From Nitrosopumilus sp. (GTDB taxonomy: Archaea; Thermoproteota; Nitrososphaeria; Nitrososphaerales; Nitrosopumilaceae): DNA of 64,000 nucleotides. The stretch covers positions 1,024,001-1,088,000 of the forward strand of contig CBDBGZ010000009.1 in assembly GCA_965205425.1 (NCBI GenBank), given 5' to 3'. Below, in pieces: positions 10,278-20,746 of this stretch. The notes beneath the pieces were generated by a model. It was not told the origin of the DNA. It saw only the letters and a program-made list of their open reading frames with translations, and searched no databases. A program made the position numbers and the translations under genes. Numbering within the stretch: the stretch's first letter is position 1; each line of letters begins with the position of its first letter.

Positions 10278-11809
10278 TAGTCTAACAACAAATCTTTCTG
10301 TACTAACCCTTGCGTTGATTCTACAGCAATTTCTTTCATTTTATCTGCTTTTGCCCATGTATTAATCGCGCTTTGGTCTGCCCCCATTATTTTTTCTTTT
10401 ACTTCTTCTACATGAACCAGTGATGGAAGATTTGTCCACTGTCCAACAAGTACGGCATCCCCGACGTTTAATGATGTCAATTGAGCAATTAATTCACGAC
10501 TAGTGGACTCAGTTGCTGAGGCTATTTGTCGCTGATCATCCTCTTGAATTATCTTCATAATTGCAAATGAACCCATCTGACTTAGTACGTTAAGATCTAC
10601 ACTGCGTGGTCTTTGAGATACTATTCCTAAACCCAAGCCAAATTTTCTTCCTTCTCTAGCAATTTTTGCAGCCCAGTATTTTGCACTTGTATCGTGATCT
10701 TTTGGAATGAAGACATGTGCTTCTTCAATTATTACAAATATTGGTGAATTGAATTGATACTTTCTCTCTCTCTTACTTTTTCCATGTTTTGCAATACTTG
10801 CATCTTTTCTATCTTTGAGTAACTGTTGTAAATAAAATGCTAAAGCAACATTTGCTTGTTTTTCTGATAATTCTGAAATATTAAGAATATTTGCACGTCC
10901 TTCTTTTATGAAACTAATTGGATCACCCATATCCGGATCTAAAATATCTTCAAATCTTTTTTGTGATTCTTCAACTATGTCTTGAACTCTGTATGCTGAT
11001 GATCTAATTTCTTTGAGTTTATTATCATCAGAATCTATAATAGAATTAATTCCATTTTCTAATTTCTTCCAAAACTCTTTTGATTTTTTGACATGTTCTG
11101 TAAACGCTATTCTTAATACTCTTTGTTGAACAGTAGCGCTCTCTCTAATCTCTAATACGTCTGAGAGTTGGTCTGCATCTAACAACCTTGGATTGATCTT
11201 TGCATCAATCACATTAATTCGTGGAATATTTAGACTTGTGTAATCATTGTGATAATCAAAAATAATTACAGTTCCTTTTAATTTTGAAATTTGTTTTGTT
11301 ACTAGTGACACTAAATTACTTTTACCCATCCCTGTCATTGCTAGAATTCCTAAATGTCTTGAAACTATTTTATCTAAATTCACTTTAGCATCAATTGATT
11401 TATTTCGTAAAAGATTGCCGATGCTTACCCATCCTTCATTTTTAGGACTGAATATTTCTTCCAAGTCTTGTTTGTTTGGTAAGGTTATTTCTGTACCTGG
11501 AATTGGTGGAATTGCAGGTATAATTGACTGCCCTTTTCTTAAATTTTCTAAAAATCCTAAAATCCCAATATGTGACGTAAATGTTTTGTCTCTTTTGTTT
11601 AGTTCCGCAATTTCGGTACTTTCTGATGCTTCATCAAAATTTTTGACATCTGTAAATGCAGCACTTGAAACTGAAGATCTTTCAACTAATCCTAAAATCT
11701 CTCCTTCGTCTGAACCAATTTTGATATATTCTCCAACTGATAATGCTCTTGAAGTAATTGCTGTAACAAATGTAGGGTTTGATTCCCCTATCACAAATCC
11801 TAAGCTCAT
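10277..11809 (-). CDS. herA: HerA helicase
   Basis: TGMGKS, IEEAH, AREGRKFG, SQRP. Confidence 0.93.
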   Translation of the reverse strand: MSLGFVIGESNPTFVTAITSRALSVGEYIKIGSDEGEILGLVERSSVSSAAFTDVKNFDEASESTEIAELNKRDKTFTSHIGILGFLENLRKGQSIIPAIPPIPGTEITLPNKQDLEEIFSPKNEGWVSIGNLLRNKSIDAKVNLDKIVSRHLGILAMTGMGKSNLVSLVTKQISKLKGTVIIFDYHNDYTSLNIPRINVIDAKINPRLLDADQLSDVLEIRESATVQQRVLRIAFTEHVKKSKEFWKKLENGINSIIDSDDNKLKEIRSSAYRVQDIVEESQKRFEDILDPDMGDPISFIKEGRANILNISELSEKQANVALAFYLQQLLKDRKDASIAKHGKSKRERKYQFNSPIFVIIEEAHVFIPKDHDTSAKYWAAKIAREGRKFGLGLGIVSQRPRSVDLNVLSQMGSFAIMKIIQEDDQRQIASATESTSRELIAQLTSLNVGDAVLVGQWTNLPSLVHVEEVKEKIMGADQSAINTWAKADKMKEIAVESTQGLVQKDLLLD

Positions 11810-12642
11810 CCTAGAACCTCCCGTGAACCTATTTCATTACTTAGACCTAGCAAACTAACCATCTTTGCAAGCTCTTTATCAGATATTTTACAGTTATTAT
11901 GTGCAAGCTTTAGTGCATATGGATATCCACCCACACTGGTTTTGTATAATTTATTCATAATTGATTTAATCTCTGATTCATCATGTTGCTCCCCTAAAAA
12001 TTCCAATTTTATTATTGGAGTAGAATCACTTAGTCTTACAAATGTGGATGAGATTATTTTATCTGAACCATATTTTTTTTCTACAAAAATTTTACTAAAT
12101 CCTGGATTATTTGTTACATGATTATAATAAAAAATATCTCCAGCAAGAGAACCTAGATTTTCAAATTGTTTCTTTGTATTTGATGTCTTTGCGATGAAAA
12201 CAACATTATTTTTCTTTTTCATTATCCTTACAATTGATGATCCTAAATTTGCTTGTCTTGTCATTAACTGAGAATGTAAAGAACCATCCATTAACACCAT
12301 GTCTACGTCATCTACTGTTTTTTCACATGCTTCGATCTCCATTTTACTAGCTACACTTGAAATGTCATCTGCAGAACCTAAGCCTGATTTGTGTAAATCA
12401 ACAAGAATTTCTCCATTTGATTTGATTGAAACTGCAGTTGTTGCCCAAAGCTCAATTCCTTGAAATTTTGTATTGTTAAAACTAGAATCAATTCCTGCCG
12501 TAACTACTTCTTCTTTTGTAGGCATAAATTCAATCCAATTATCTCGTGCTTTTTGTAAAATCTGCTCAAATTTTGGCCCTTTTAGAATTGAGAGCATTTT
12601 ATCTCTGTTAATTATTGCATCTTTGTATACCGTATTGAGCAC
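11806..12642 (-). CDS. nurA: NurA nuclease
   Basis: GIDSS, MDGSL, GYPYALKLAH; operon context. Confidence 0.9.
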   Translation of the reverse strand: MLNTVYKDAIINRDKMLSILKGPKFEQILQKARDNWIEFMPTKEEVVTAGIDSSFNNTKFQGIELWATTAVSIKSNGEILVDLHKSGLGSADDISSVASKMEIEACEKTVDDVDMVLMDGSLHSQLMTRQANLGSSIVRIMKKKNNVVFIAKTSNTKKQFENLGSLAGDIFYYNHVTNNPGFSKIFVEKKYGSDKIISSTFVRLSDSTPIIKLEFLGEQHDESEIKSIMNKLYKTSVGGYPYALKLAHNNCKISDKELAKMVSLLGLSNEIGSREVLG

Positions 12643-12715
12643 AACAATACTTTGTAGGTTTGAATAAAATCTTTAGGTTATACTGAACTTTGACAAAACT
12701 GATCCATAAAATCTT

Positions 12716-13702
12716 CTATCCTATTCGACCCTTTAGAATGATTTTTTCATTTGTATTTGATGGGGTAGATTTGTCAATATATCGAATTTCATACTCATCT
12801 CCAATGTGAATTGTTTTTCCATCTAATTGGCGTGGAATTTTAATTTGAACTTCAAATAAATTAGAATTAGGTCCTGTTTCTAGAAGATATGATGAATTCG
12901 CATCAAAGATTGGATGATTCAGAGTAGTTCTAATTCCACCATCTCCTCTGTATTCCAATTCACTAAGCGGAATTCTGTCTACATCTTTTGAATCTCTATT
13001 TGCATCAGGTTCATAAATTCTTACAGTAAAATCATGACCTATTCTAGAACCTCCTCCAGCTGTTTGAATTTTAGCAAATGTTTTGGTAAGTGGTACTGAC
13101 TTTACTAACACTCTTTCCTCTCCTGAATAATCTGATCTATCTAAATACTTTATCAGTATAATGTCATCTTGACTTAGTTGCCTTCCATCGATTGTATCGG
13201 GTAACTCTAATTTTATGTAAAATTGTCCTGTGTTAGGGCCTGTTTCAATCATGTTGTCAGGTCCTTTAATTGGAATTCCGTTGATTGTAAATTCAAATAA
13301 TCCTGCAGTTGGAATAACTTCTACACCACTATGTGCAATATTCAAGTCATGATCAGTAATGTAGAAATTCACAATTGACATAGTTGATGCTGGAACTGTT
13401 GCAATTTCTTTGTCCGTGGCTTGAAAAGACTTTCCAATATTGTTCAAATCTGTAAATTTTATTGGACTAAATAACATGCCTATTTTTTCCATTTTTTCTG
13501 CAGTTTCTGGTTTTACGCAAGCTGGATTACCATTTGTTCTAAGTACTAATTCTAATCCTTCTCTACATAGAATGTTTTCCGGAGATACCCCTTTGTTCAT
13601 TTGTTGTCTTGGAGATTCGATTTCTGCATTTACTGGAAGAATAAATGATAGAGTTAAAAAAAATATTATTCCAAAAAATACTTTATTTTGTAAAATCAAC
13701 AA
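12716..13702 (-). CDS. Secreted hypothetical protein (S-layer-like ETGPNTG repeats)
   Basis: Signal peptide, SPRQQ...C...ACVK motif, two ETGPN[TS] repeats. Confidence 0.7.
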   Translation of the reverse strand: MLILQNKVFFGIIFFLTLSFILPVNAEIESPRQQMNKGVSPENILCREGLELVLRTNGNPACVKPETAEKMEKIGMLFSPIKFTDLNNIGKSFQATDKEIATVPASTMSIVNFYITDHDLNIAHSGVEVIPTAGLFEFTINGIPIKGPDNMIETGPNTGQFYIKLELPDTIDGRQLSQDDIILIKYLDRSDYSGEERVLVKSVPLTKTFAKIQTAGGGSRIGHDFTVRIYEPDANRDSKDVDRIPLSELEYRGDGGIRTTLNHPIFDANSSYLLETGPNSNLFEVQIKIPRQLDGKTIHIGDEYEIRYIDKSTPSNTNEKIILKGRIG

Positions 13703-13826
13703 TATTTTAAAATCTATTTTTATTTTAAATAGATTTAGTATGAATTCTATGTAACTTTGTGCTTGTTTTACTAATGATTTTTTGATTACAGACTAGAATT
13801 AATTAAGAGATAATTTCTATAATTGA

Positions 13827-14648
13827 TTGTTGAAACGAATAGGTTTGTTGGGGTGTGGTGCTATGGGTACTCAAATTGCACTTGCGATTGATTCTGGACA
13901 AATTCCTGCAACTTTGACACATATCTTTGATGGGTCAAAAGAAAAATCTTCGCTATTAGTTGAAAAACTCACTAACAAACCTGAAATTGTTGAAAATTCT
14001 CATTTATTGTCTTCTAATCCTATAGACATTGTTGTTGAAGCTGCATCTCAAGATGCAGTTAGGGATGTATCTTTGAGTGTTCTGCAAAATAAGAAAGATC
14101 TCATGATTATGAGTGTTGGAGCATTATTAGATGAATCAATTTATGATGTTTTATCTGATGCTTGTAAGGATTTTAAAAAAACAATCTATCTCCCTTCCGG
14201 TGCAATTGCAGGACTAGATGGTCTTAAATCAGTTAAGGATGAATTGGAATCCCTCTCTATTACAACTACCAAACATCCAAACTCGTTAAAGGGTGTAAAG
14301 TTTTTTGAAACATCTGAACTCAATCTAAATGAAATAAATTCATCATCTACAATTTTTAATGGAACCGCAAAAGAAGCAGTATCTCTATTCCCTGCGAACA
14401 TCAATGTTGCAGCTTTACTTTCTTTGTCTGGAATTGGTAGTGAAAAAACTAATGTAAAAATTATTGTTGATCCTGACACTGATAAGAACACTCATCATAT
14501 TGTAGCTGAAGGAAAATTTGGAAAGATGACTTTTACAATTGAAAATTACCCTGATACGAATAATCCTAAGACCAGCAGACTAGCAATTTTATCTGCCATT
14601 GAAACATTGAAAAAATATTGTTCAGATGATATTCAAATTGGTACGTAA
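13827..14648 (+). CDS. nadX: L-aspartate dehydrogenase
   Basis: GCGAMG, PSGAIAGLD, FPANINVAA, NPKTS; adjacent to nadA. Confidence 0.93.
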   Translation: MLKRIGLLGCGAMGTQIALAIDSGQIPATLTHIFDGSKEKSSLLVEKLTNKPEIVENSHLLSSNPIDIVVEAASQDAVRDVSLSVLQNKKDLMIMSVGALLDESIYDVLSDACKDFKKTIYLPSGAIAGLDGLKSVKDELESLSITTTKHPNSLKGVKFFETSELNLNEINSSSTIFNGTAKEAVSLFPANINVAALLSLSGIGSEKTNVKIIVDPDTDKNTHHIVAEGKFGKMTFTIENYPDTNNPKTSRLAILSAIETLKKYCSDDIQIGT

Positions 14649-14741
14649 TATGGCAATAATTGCCACATTTGCTAGTTTTTCAGAGAATTATAGACCATTT
14701 CCCATTCTTTAAATCCCCACCACTTCAATTTTCTATAGTTT

Positions 14742-15698
14742 ATGCTCGTACAACAAGCCTCAGAACTCAAAGAAGAGATTTTGAAACTCAAAAAAGAAAA
14801 AGATGTGGTAATTTTAGCGCACAATTATCAGATTCCTGATGTACAGGATGTGGCTGACTTTACTGGTGACTCTTTAGGCTTATCACGACAAGCCGCAACA
14901 GTTTCACAAAAAACAATTCTCTTTTGTGGTGTGAACTTTATGGCTGAAACCGCGGCAATTATTAGTCCTCAGAAAAAGGTACTTCTTCCAGATTTAGAAG
15001 CTGGATGTTCGTTATCTGATTCAATAACTGTAGATGAATTAAGAAACTGGAAAAAACAACATCCTAATGCAATTGCAGTTGGATATGTGAATACTACTGC
15101 TGAAATTAAAGCCGAACTTGATTATTGTTGTACTTCTTCCAATGCAGTCAATGTAGTAAAAGCAATTCCAGAAGAGAAGGAGATTTTGTTTCTACCTGAT
15201 ATGTTTCTGGGATCTTATGTTGCAAAAATGACTGGAAGAAAAAATATGCATATTTGGGCAGGTGAATGTCATGTCCATGCAGGAATTACTCCTGAAGATG
15301 TAACTAAAAAATTAGAATCTATGAAAGATGTTGAATTTGTAATTCATCCTGAATGTAGTTGCACAACTCCAATGATGTATGATGTTGCTGATGGAAGTTA
15401 TGCTAATCAAAAAGTTTCAATTCTTTCAACTGAAGGAATGTTAAACCATGTTAGTAAATCAAAAGCAAAGAATTTTGTTGTAGCAACTGAAACTGGGATC
15501 TTGTATAGAATGAGACAACAAAATCCTGAAAAGACATTCATTCCCGCATCTGAAAAAGCAGAATGTCAGTATATGAAAATGATTACTCTAGAAAAAGTCT
15601 ATGATGCATTGATAAATGAAAGAAATGTTGTAACAGTTCCTAAAGAAATTGCAGATAAAGCCCGTTTAGCAATTGATAGAATGCTTGCAATTAGCTAA
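14742..15698 (+). CDS. nadA: Quinolinate synthase
   Basis: LAHNYQ, GDSL, CGVNFMAE, HPEC. Confidence 0.96.
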   Translation: MLVQQASELKEEILKLKKEKDVVILAHNYQIPDVQDVADFTGDSLGLSRQAATVSQKTILFCGVNFMAETAAIISPQKKVLLPDLEAGCSLSDSITVDELRNWKKQHPNAIAVGYVNTTAEIKAELDYCCTSSNAVNVVKAIPEEKEILFLPDMFLGSYVAKMTGRKNMHIWAGECHVHAGITPEDVTKKLESMKDVEFVIHPECSCTTPMMYDVADGSYANQKVSILSTEGMLNHVSKSKAKNFVVATETGILYRMRQQNPEKTFIPASEKAECQYMKMITLEKVYDALINERNVVTVPKEIADKARLAIDRMLAIS

Positions 15699-15709
15699 TC
15701 TATTTTATT

Positions 15710-16099
15710 ATGACTGGATTATTTTCTAGAGCTCCAAAAGACCCTCAAATGAAAAAGAATGCTCAAAAATTAAAAGAAATAAAAAAATTAGTTAAAGAAA
15801 AAAAATATGCAGAAGCTCTAAAATTAGGCACAGAATACCTGCAAAAAGTACCTAACAATCACGATGTCTTGTTTACTGTGGGTGGAATCTATTATTTGAA
15901 AAATAAACACAAAACTGCAATTTCATATTTTGATAAGGCACTTGAAATTGGAACTTATGATGTTGATGTTTTATTGTTAAAGGCATACTCTCATCAAAAA
16001 TTGGGAGAACCTAAACGAGTGATTCAATGCTGTGACAAAATTAAAGAAATAGATCCAAAAAACAAAGCAGTATCTAACTTGTTAGCAGAATTAAATTAA
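15710..16099 (+). CDS. TPR protein
   Basis: TPR consensus helices. Confidence 0.8.
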   Translation: MTGLFSRAPKDPQMKKNAQKLKEIKKLVKEKKYAEALKLGTEYLQKVPNNHDVLFTVGGIYYLKNKHKTAISYFDKALEIGTYDVDVLLLKAYSHQKLGEPKRVIQCCDKIKEIDPKNKAVSNLLAELN

Positions 16100-16911
16100 A
16101 TTTCTAAACTCATATCGATTCCTTTGACAGAATTTGTAATACTACCAACTGAAATAATGTCTACTCCTGTCTGACCGTACTTTGAGATATTTTTAGAATT
16201 GATTCCCCCTGATGCCTCAAGCATTACTTTATTTCGCAATTTTTGATTTTTAAGAACTTGAATTGTTTTTTTAATTTGTACAGGAGAGAAATTATCTAAC
16301 ATAATTATTGTAGCACCTTCTTTTGCTGCCAGCACTGCATCTGAAGTATTTTCAACTTCGACTTCAAATTTTTTGTATTTTTTCTTTGTTTTCTTGATTA
16401 ATGATAATAAAGACCCCTCAATTGCAATGTGATTGTCTTTAATCATTATCATCTCATCTAATGTGAGTCTGTGTTTTTTACCCCCTCCGATCTCTACTGC
16501 TTCTTTGTCAAAATATCTTAGTCCTGATGCTGTTTTTCTTGTAGCATACAATTTCGTTTTTTTTGGAATTTTTTTTACAAGTGCATTTGTCTGAGTAGCT
16601 ATGCCACTCATTCTTGTTAATAGATTTAAGGCCGTTCTTTCACATGTCAAAATACTTCCTGCATTTCCAGTGATTACCATTATTGTCTGATTTGGCTTTA
16701 TTTTTGAGCCATCTTTTTTTAAAATTCGTGTATTGCATCCTTTAATTCTAAAAATCTCTTTTGCATATGATGTTCCTGCAACAATTGCATTTTCTCTAGA
16801 AATAATTTTTACTGAAATTTTTTTCTTTGGTAGTAAATTACTTGTAATGTCTCCCTTTCCAATATCTTCAGCAAGAAATTGTGATAATTGTTTTTTAGAA
16901 TTGAATGTCAA
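16096..16911 (-). CDS. nadC: Quinolinate phosphoribosyltransferase
   Basis: TRKT, IKDNH, EVEV, MLDN, EASGGI. Confidence 0.96.
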   Translation of the reverse strand: MTFNSKKQLSQFLAEDIGKGDITSNLLPKKKISVKIISRENAIVAGTSYAKEIFRIKGCNTRILKKDGSKIKPNQTIMVITGNAGSILTCERTALNLLTRMSGIATQTNALVKKIPKKTKLYATRKTASGLRYFDKEAVEIGGGKKHRLTLDEMIMIKDNHIAIEGSLLSLIKKTKKKYKKFEVEVENTSDAVLAAKEGATIIMLDNFSPVQIKKTIQVLKNQKLRNKVMLEASGGINSKNISKYGQTGVDIISVGSITNSVKGIDMSLEI

Positions 16912-16946
16912 TATAATGATAAAATGTTAATGTGATTTTAAAGATT

Positions 16947-17135
16947 TTATGTTACTTTGATTGCGTACTTTCCTTTTGTAGTGATGCCTAAAGTTTTTGA
17001 AATTTCTGAACTTGTTGGATCAACTACTAGTACAACTCCAGTCCAATCTGGTGTTAAATCTGATGATTTACAATTTGGACATACTTTTAGAGTTGTTACA
17101 TGTTTACATTTGCGACATGCCATTTCTCGTGCCAT
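16947..17135 (-). CDS. spt4: Transcription elongation factor Spt4 (RpoE2)
   Basis: ACRKC...CPNC zinc ribbon, GKYAIKV; follows rpoE. Confidence 0.92.
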   Translation of the reverse strand: MAREMACRKCKHVTTLKVCPNCKSSDLTPDWTGVVLVVDPTSSEISKTLGITTKGKYAIKVT

Positions 17136-17136
17136 T

Positions 17137-17733
17137 CTAACTTGCCTCTACTTTTTCTTCCTTTGCTGGCTCTTCTTTGCCACCGCTGGCTTTCTTAATT
17201 TCTTCTGTAATCCATTCATCTGCACCAAGGAATGGTTGTCTACATGTAATTCCAATCTTACCCATAGCAGCTGCTTTTCCTAATGATACGGCAGTAATTC
17301 TTGCACGAAGTGTAGAACCAACTTTTAGTGTTCTTCCACTTTGATTTGCTAATATCATTCCAGATTTAACATCACTCTTTAGATAATCATCCATCACTTG
17401 TGATAAGTGAAGTAAAGCATCAGTTGGACCAATTCTTACAAATGCTCCAAAGTCTGTAATATCTACAATTTCACCTTGAACGATTTCTTGTAATTTAGGA
17501 TAAAATGTCAATGCTTCAAATTCGACTTTATGAAATGTTCCACCGTCTCCGGCAATCATTTTTCCCATTTCATCAACTTTAGCGTCTAAAATCATAATGA
17601 TGTATCCTAAATCTGCATTAATCATACTCTCGTACTTTTCTTTGAGAATGTTTACTGCAGCCTTTTTGAGTGTAGTTCCAAATAAGCTTGGAGGAATCCT
17701 AACAACATCAACTAGGGTAGATATAGAAAACAA
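17137..17733 (-). CDS. rpoE: RNA polymerase subunit E' (Rpo7)
   Basis: VRIPP; S1 domain FGAFVRIGP; RQPFLG. Confidence 0.95.
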   Translation of the reverse strand: MFSISTLVDVVRIPPSLFGTTLKKAAVNILKEKYESMINADLGYIIMILDAKVDEMGKMIAGDGGTFHKVEFEALTFYPKLQEIVQGEIVDITDFGAFVRIGPTDALLHLSQVMDDYLKSDVKSGMILANQSGRTLKVGSTLRARITAVSLGKAAAMGKIGITCRQPFLGADEWITEEIKKASGGKEEPAKEEKVEAS

Positions 17734-17871
17734 ATGTACAGTTTTTCTCGAATTTCAATTTATGAATGTTTAGGTGATTTTAGGCTTGAAAATCCAAAGT
17801 TTTTTCTTATTTTTGAAATTAAATTCAATGAAAGATAAGATTTTGTTTGTAATTACGCAAGAGGTCTATTT

Positions 17872-17910
17872 AACTGATCCAACTGATCCAACTGATCCAA
17901 CTGATCCAAC
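17872..17910. repeat. 9-bp tandem repeat AACTGATCC x4.3
   Basis: Read directly; non-coding, at the island's left edge. Confidence 0.9.
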
Positions 17911-18183
17911 ATTATGCCTGAAATTATAAACTCTTTAAACCATTTACGTACAAATTACCAAAATCACGACTAAATTCACTCTTAACTACACATCTAACTG
18001 CATCAAAATCACATCTATTTCATTATTCGTTGGAATTTCATCATTTTACAAATTACTCTAGGCATAAATTAAAAATAATTTACAAATCTAGGCACAACGA
18101 ATAACTCATTTCTAGTCACGATTCGCAATATACCATATCTAAAGAATCCAACGAACAAATAACAGAAAACATGAAACTACGTT

Positions 18184-18266
18184 GTACCTATATCCAAGTG
18201 GTCAAAGGAGACAGTTTACCAAACAGTTACTCCAGTGTTTCGTGGGTTCGAATCCCACCAGGTACA
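18184..18266 (+). tRNA. Atypical or pseudo tRNA, long variable arm, anticodon ACC
   Basis: Acceptor GTACCTA/CAGGTAC + A73; D arm TCC-AAGTGGTCAAA-GGA; anticodon arm ACAGT-TTACCAA-ACAGT (1 mismatch); variable region TACTCCAGTGTTTC; T arm GTGGG-TTCGAAT-CCCAC. Confidence 0.7.
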
Positions 18267-18269
18267 CCT

Positions 18270-19295
18270 GGGTGTGTCCTAAAACTATCCTCTAACATGT
18301 TTTGTAACCCCCATCAAATTAACAACTCGTATGTTGTAACAAATTACACGCAACGCCAACTCTTTTCTTTGAACCAACTTGTTTTTTGATGACAAGCTAT
18401 TTCCAAAGATTCTTTTGAGTACTGCAAATACTGATTCAACAAGTGACCTCTTGTGATAATGTCTGTCAAATTCATCTTGATTGTCCTGGAATAATGTTAT
18501 CATTTTTTTCCATGATGCAGAGCCTTTGGGATTTCTAACTGTGTTCTTCTTTGGTTTGATGTATGGTATCTTTTGCAGAGTAGCTACCATATTGCAAATG
18601 TCTCGTGACAAATATGCAGGATCTGCACAAAAATCACCAATTCCCTTTGGAATGTCTTTGATTAGTTTTTTGAGAATTGGTGCATCACCACGAGTTCCTT
18701 TAGTAATGTCAAAAGATACTATTGCCATGGACTGTATTGCAATTAGGATGTGCAGTTTTAGATATAATTTCTTGGATTTGTGCGTGTTTGTCTTGATGTC
18801 AAACCAAGCCTCACATCTTTTGGTACCAAATCCTGAACTGTCAGGAGCTATGTCTTTTTTTTGATTGGTTCTGTGAGTTTTGCGTTTACCTTTTTCAAAT
18901 AAGGCATTGGAATTCTTTTTAGACTGTCATTAATGACAGTCTTGCTTGGTGCTTTTTTGAGCTCCATTATTTCCAACAGATCCGGCCTTGATCTCAAGTG
19001 GGACTCCATGGAACGATAATCCAATCCAAACTTTACCTTTAGCATTGCACACATTATCTTTGCTTTTGTTGGAAATGCAGGACGTCCGCCTGTCTTTGGT
19101 TCCCATGGTGTATCCATACTCCAAACTGTCTTCTTTACTTTTTCCAAGAATAGAATCTCCTCATCCTTGCGATATGTGCCATATACTTGCCAGTCTCTTT
19201 TTGATTTGTTTTGCATAGTTGTTGTGATTCCATGCGATCAATATGTTACAGAATTGAATAAAATTGTTATATTTGTCTACTTTTAGGACACACCC
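18270..19295 (-). mobile_element. IS5-family insertion sequence
   Basis: 15-bp perfect TIR GGGTGTGTCCTAAAA; 9-bp TSD GGTACACCT at 18261-18269 and 19296-19304. Confidence 0.92.
18285..19216 (-). CDS. IS5-family DDE transposase, two frames joined by a -1 frameshift
   Basis: ORF 18848-19216 ends after A_AAA_AAG. The -1 frame reads DIAPDSSGFG...KLHI...ADPAY...YHKRSLVESVF. Confidence 0.85.
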
Positions 19296-19426
19296 GGTAC
19301 ACCTAAAAGAATTAAATATTATTCAAATAGAGTGAAATTGGTAAACTGTTACACTATGTAACTTTGATGAGGATCAATCAAATGGTTCTCATCATTTTTT
19401 ATTTCCAACTAAATACGTCATACATC

Positions 19427-20746
19427 CAGTAGATGGGAAAGTAACTCAATTTAGATCAAAAACTATCAATTATTCAATCAATCTATTCAGATAGAAAAAG
19501 CTTGATGGAAGTATGTCACTCCATCAAATATGCATTGTACTTCATTTGATACCATGACACACCAAGGTGTAGTACTATCAAAAGCATTTGATATTATCAC
19601 TAAAATAATGTACAATATCTTATTGTTTCCATGCTCTAGTAAAAATAACTCACGGTTCCACAATGCTGATGCACACAATTCTATCATGTCATTGTGTTTG
19701 GGAAATTCATATTCTGAATCTGGATTGAAGAGACTGGCAATGGAATCAGATAATGCTTCTCCAACGGGTTTCATGGTTGAGAAAAATCATATCAAAAATA
19801 TCACAAAAAACAATGCAAATTCAATTACATCGTTCACTGGATAGTACCATATCAAAATTACAAGAATTGGGAGTATTGGAGCAACCAGTTACTGTAGCAA
19901 TTGACAAACATCTAATCCCAAGATATGACAAATTGCCAAATCATTCTTTAATAAAATCAAAATCAAAAAACAGTACTACTCATTTTGAGAGTTACTGCAC
20001 CATGCAGTGCGTTGAAAAAAGAATCAGGGCTCAATTAGGTTGTTATCCTTTGTATGACAACAAATCAAATGCCGGTTTTGTGCGTAAATTACTCTCTGAT
20101 GGCATCAATAATGGAATCAAGATTAAACTATTGCTAGTGGATAGGGAGTTTTTCACAGCTGGAACAATTTCAGAAATAAAACAAAAGAATCTGAAATTTC
20201 TAATGCCTGCAAAAAAGAATTCTCGAATCAAAGATGCCATTTTACAATACGTTAATGGAGATAGAAAGTCAATCTCGCCATACACAATAAAATCATCATC
20301 AGGACATGTAGAATCATTTACTCTAGTTATTCTGCCAAACAAAAATGCAAGAAAAAAATCAGATATTATTGATCAGTATGTTGTGTTTGCAACAAACGTT
20401 TCACCAAAAGAAATATCATATAACATACAAAACATTCCAACTGATTACAAGAAACGTTGGGGAATTGAAACAGGCTATGCATGTGTGGGAAGGTTCAGAC
20501 CAAAAACCACCAGTTCAAACCAATCCATAAGATTGTTGTATTTTTACTATTCATTGATTTTGTACAATGCATGGATAATTGCTAATTTGATTATCTCAGA
20601 AGAAACCAATGTACAAAATCACAAACCAATAATATCAATTGAAATTCTCAAATATTTCTTTGTAAAGATAATTATTCATTACTTTAGAAATAACAAAAAT
20701 AATTATTTTCTAGAATGTGTAATTTGATGTACTTTCCCATCTACTG
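19427..20746 (+). mobile_element. ISH3-like (IS4-related) insertion sequence
   Basis: 17-bp perfect TIR CAGTAGATGGGAAAGTA; no TSD visible. Confidence 0.88.
19530..20727 (+). pseudogene. ISH3-like transposase, frameshifted near 19770
   Basis: VAIDKH, LVDREF and YKKRWGIETGY motifs; N-terminus lies in another frame (+1 shift needed). Confidence 0.8.

Noticed and set aside
7069..12642. HerA/NurA/SMC-like cluster as a novel defence system
   Set aside because: It is the standard archaeal nurA-herA-mre11-rad50 repair operon
17872..17910. Possible CRISPR array
   Set aside because: 9-bp units with no spacers; no cas genes or repeat-spacer arrays seen in the window
18171..18389. 72-aa ORF
   Set aside because: Runs across the tRNA-like gene and the IS end; spurious
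19296..19304. GGTACACCT as a proviral attR
   Set aside because: It abuts the IS5 TIR and is its TSD; I saw no longer tRNA 3' duplicate and no integrase
19766..19772. G_GGT_TTC as a programmed -1 frameshift in the ISH3-like transposase
   Set aside because: The -1 frame stops almost at once and the DDE ORF is in the +1 frame; more likely an indel or sequencing error
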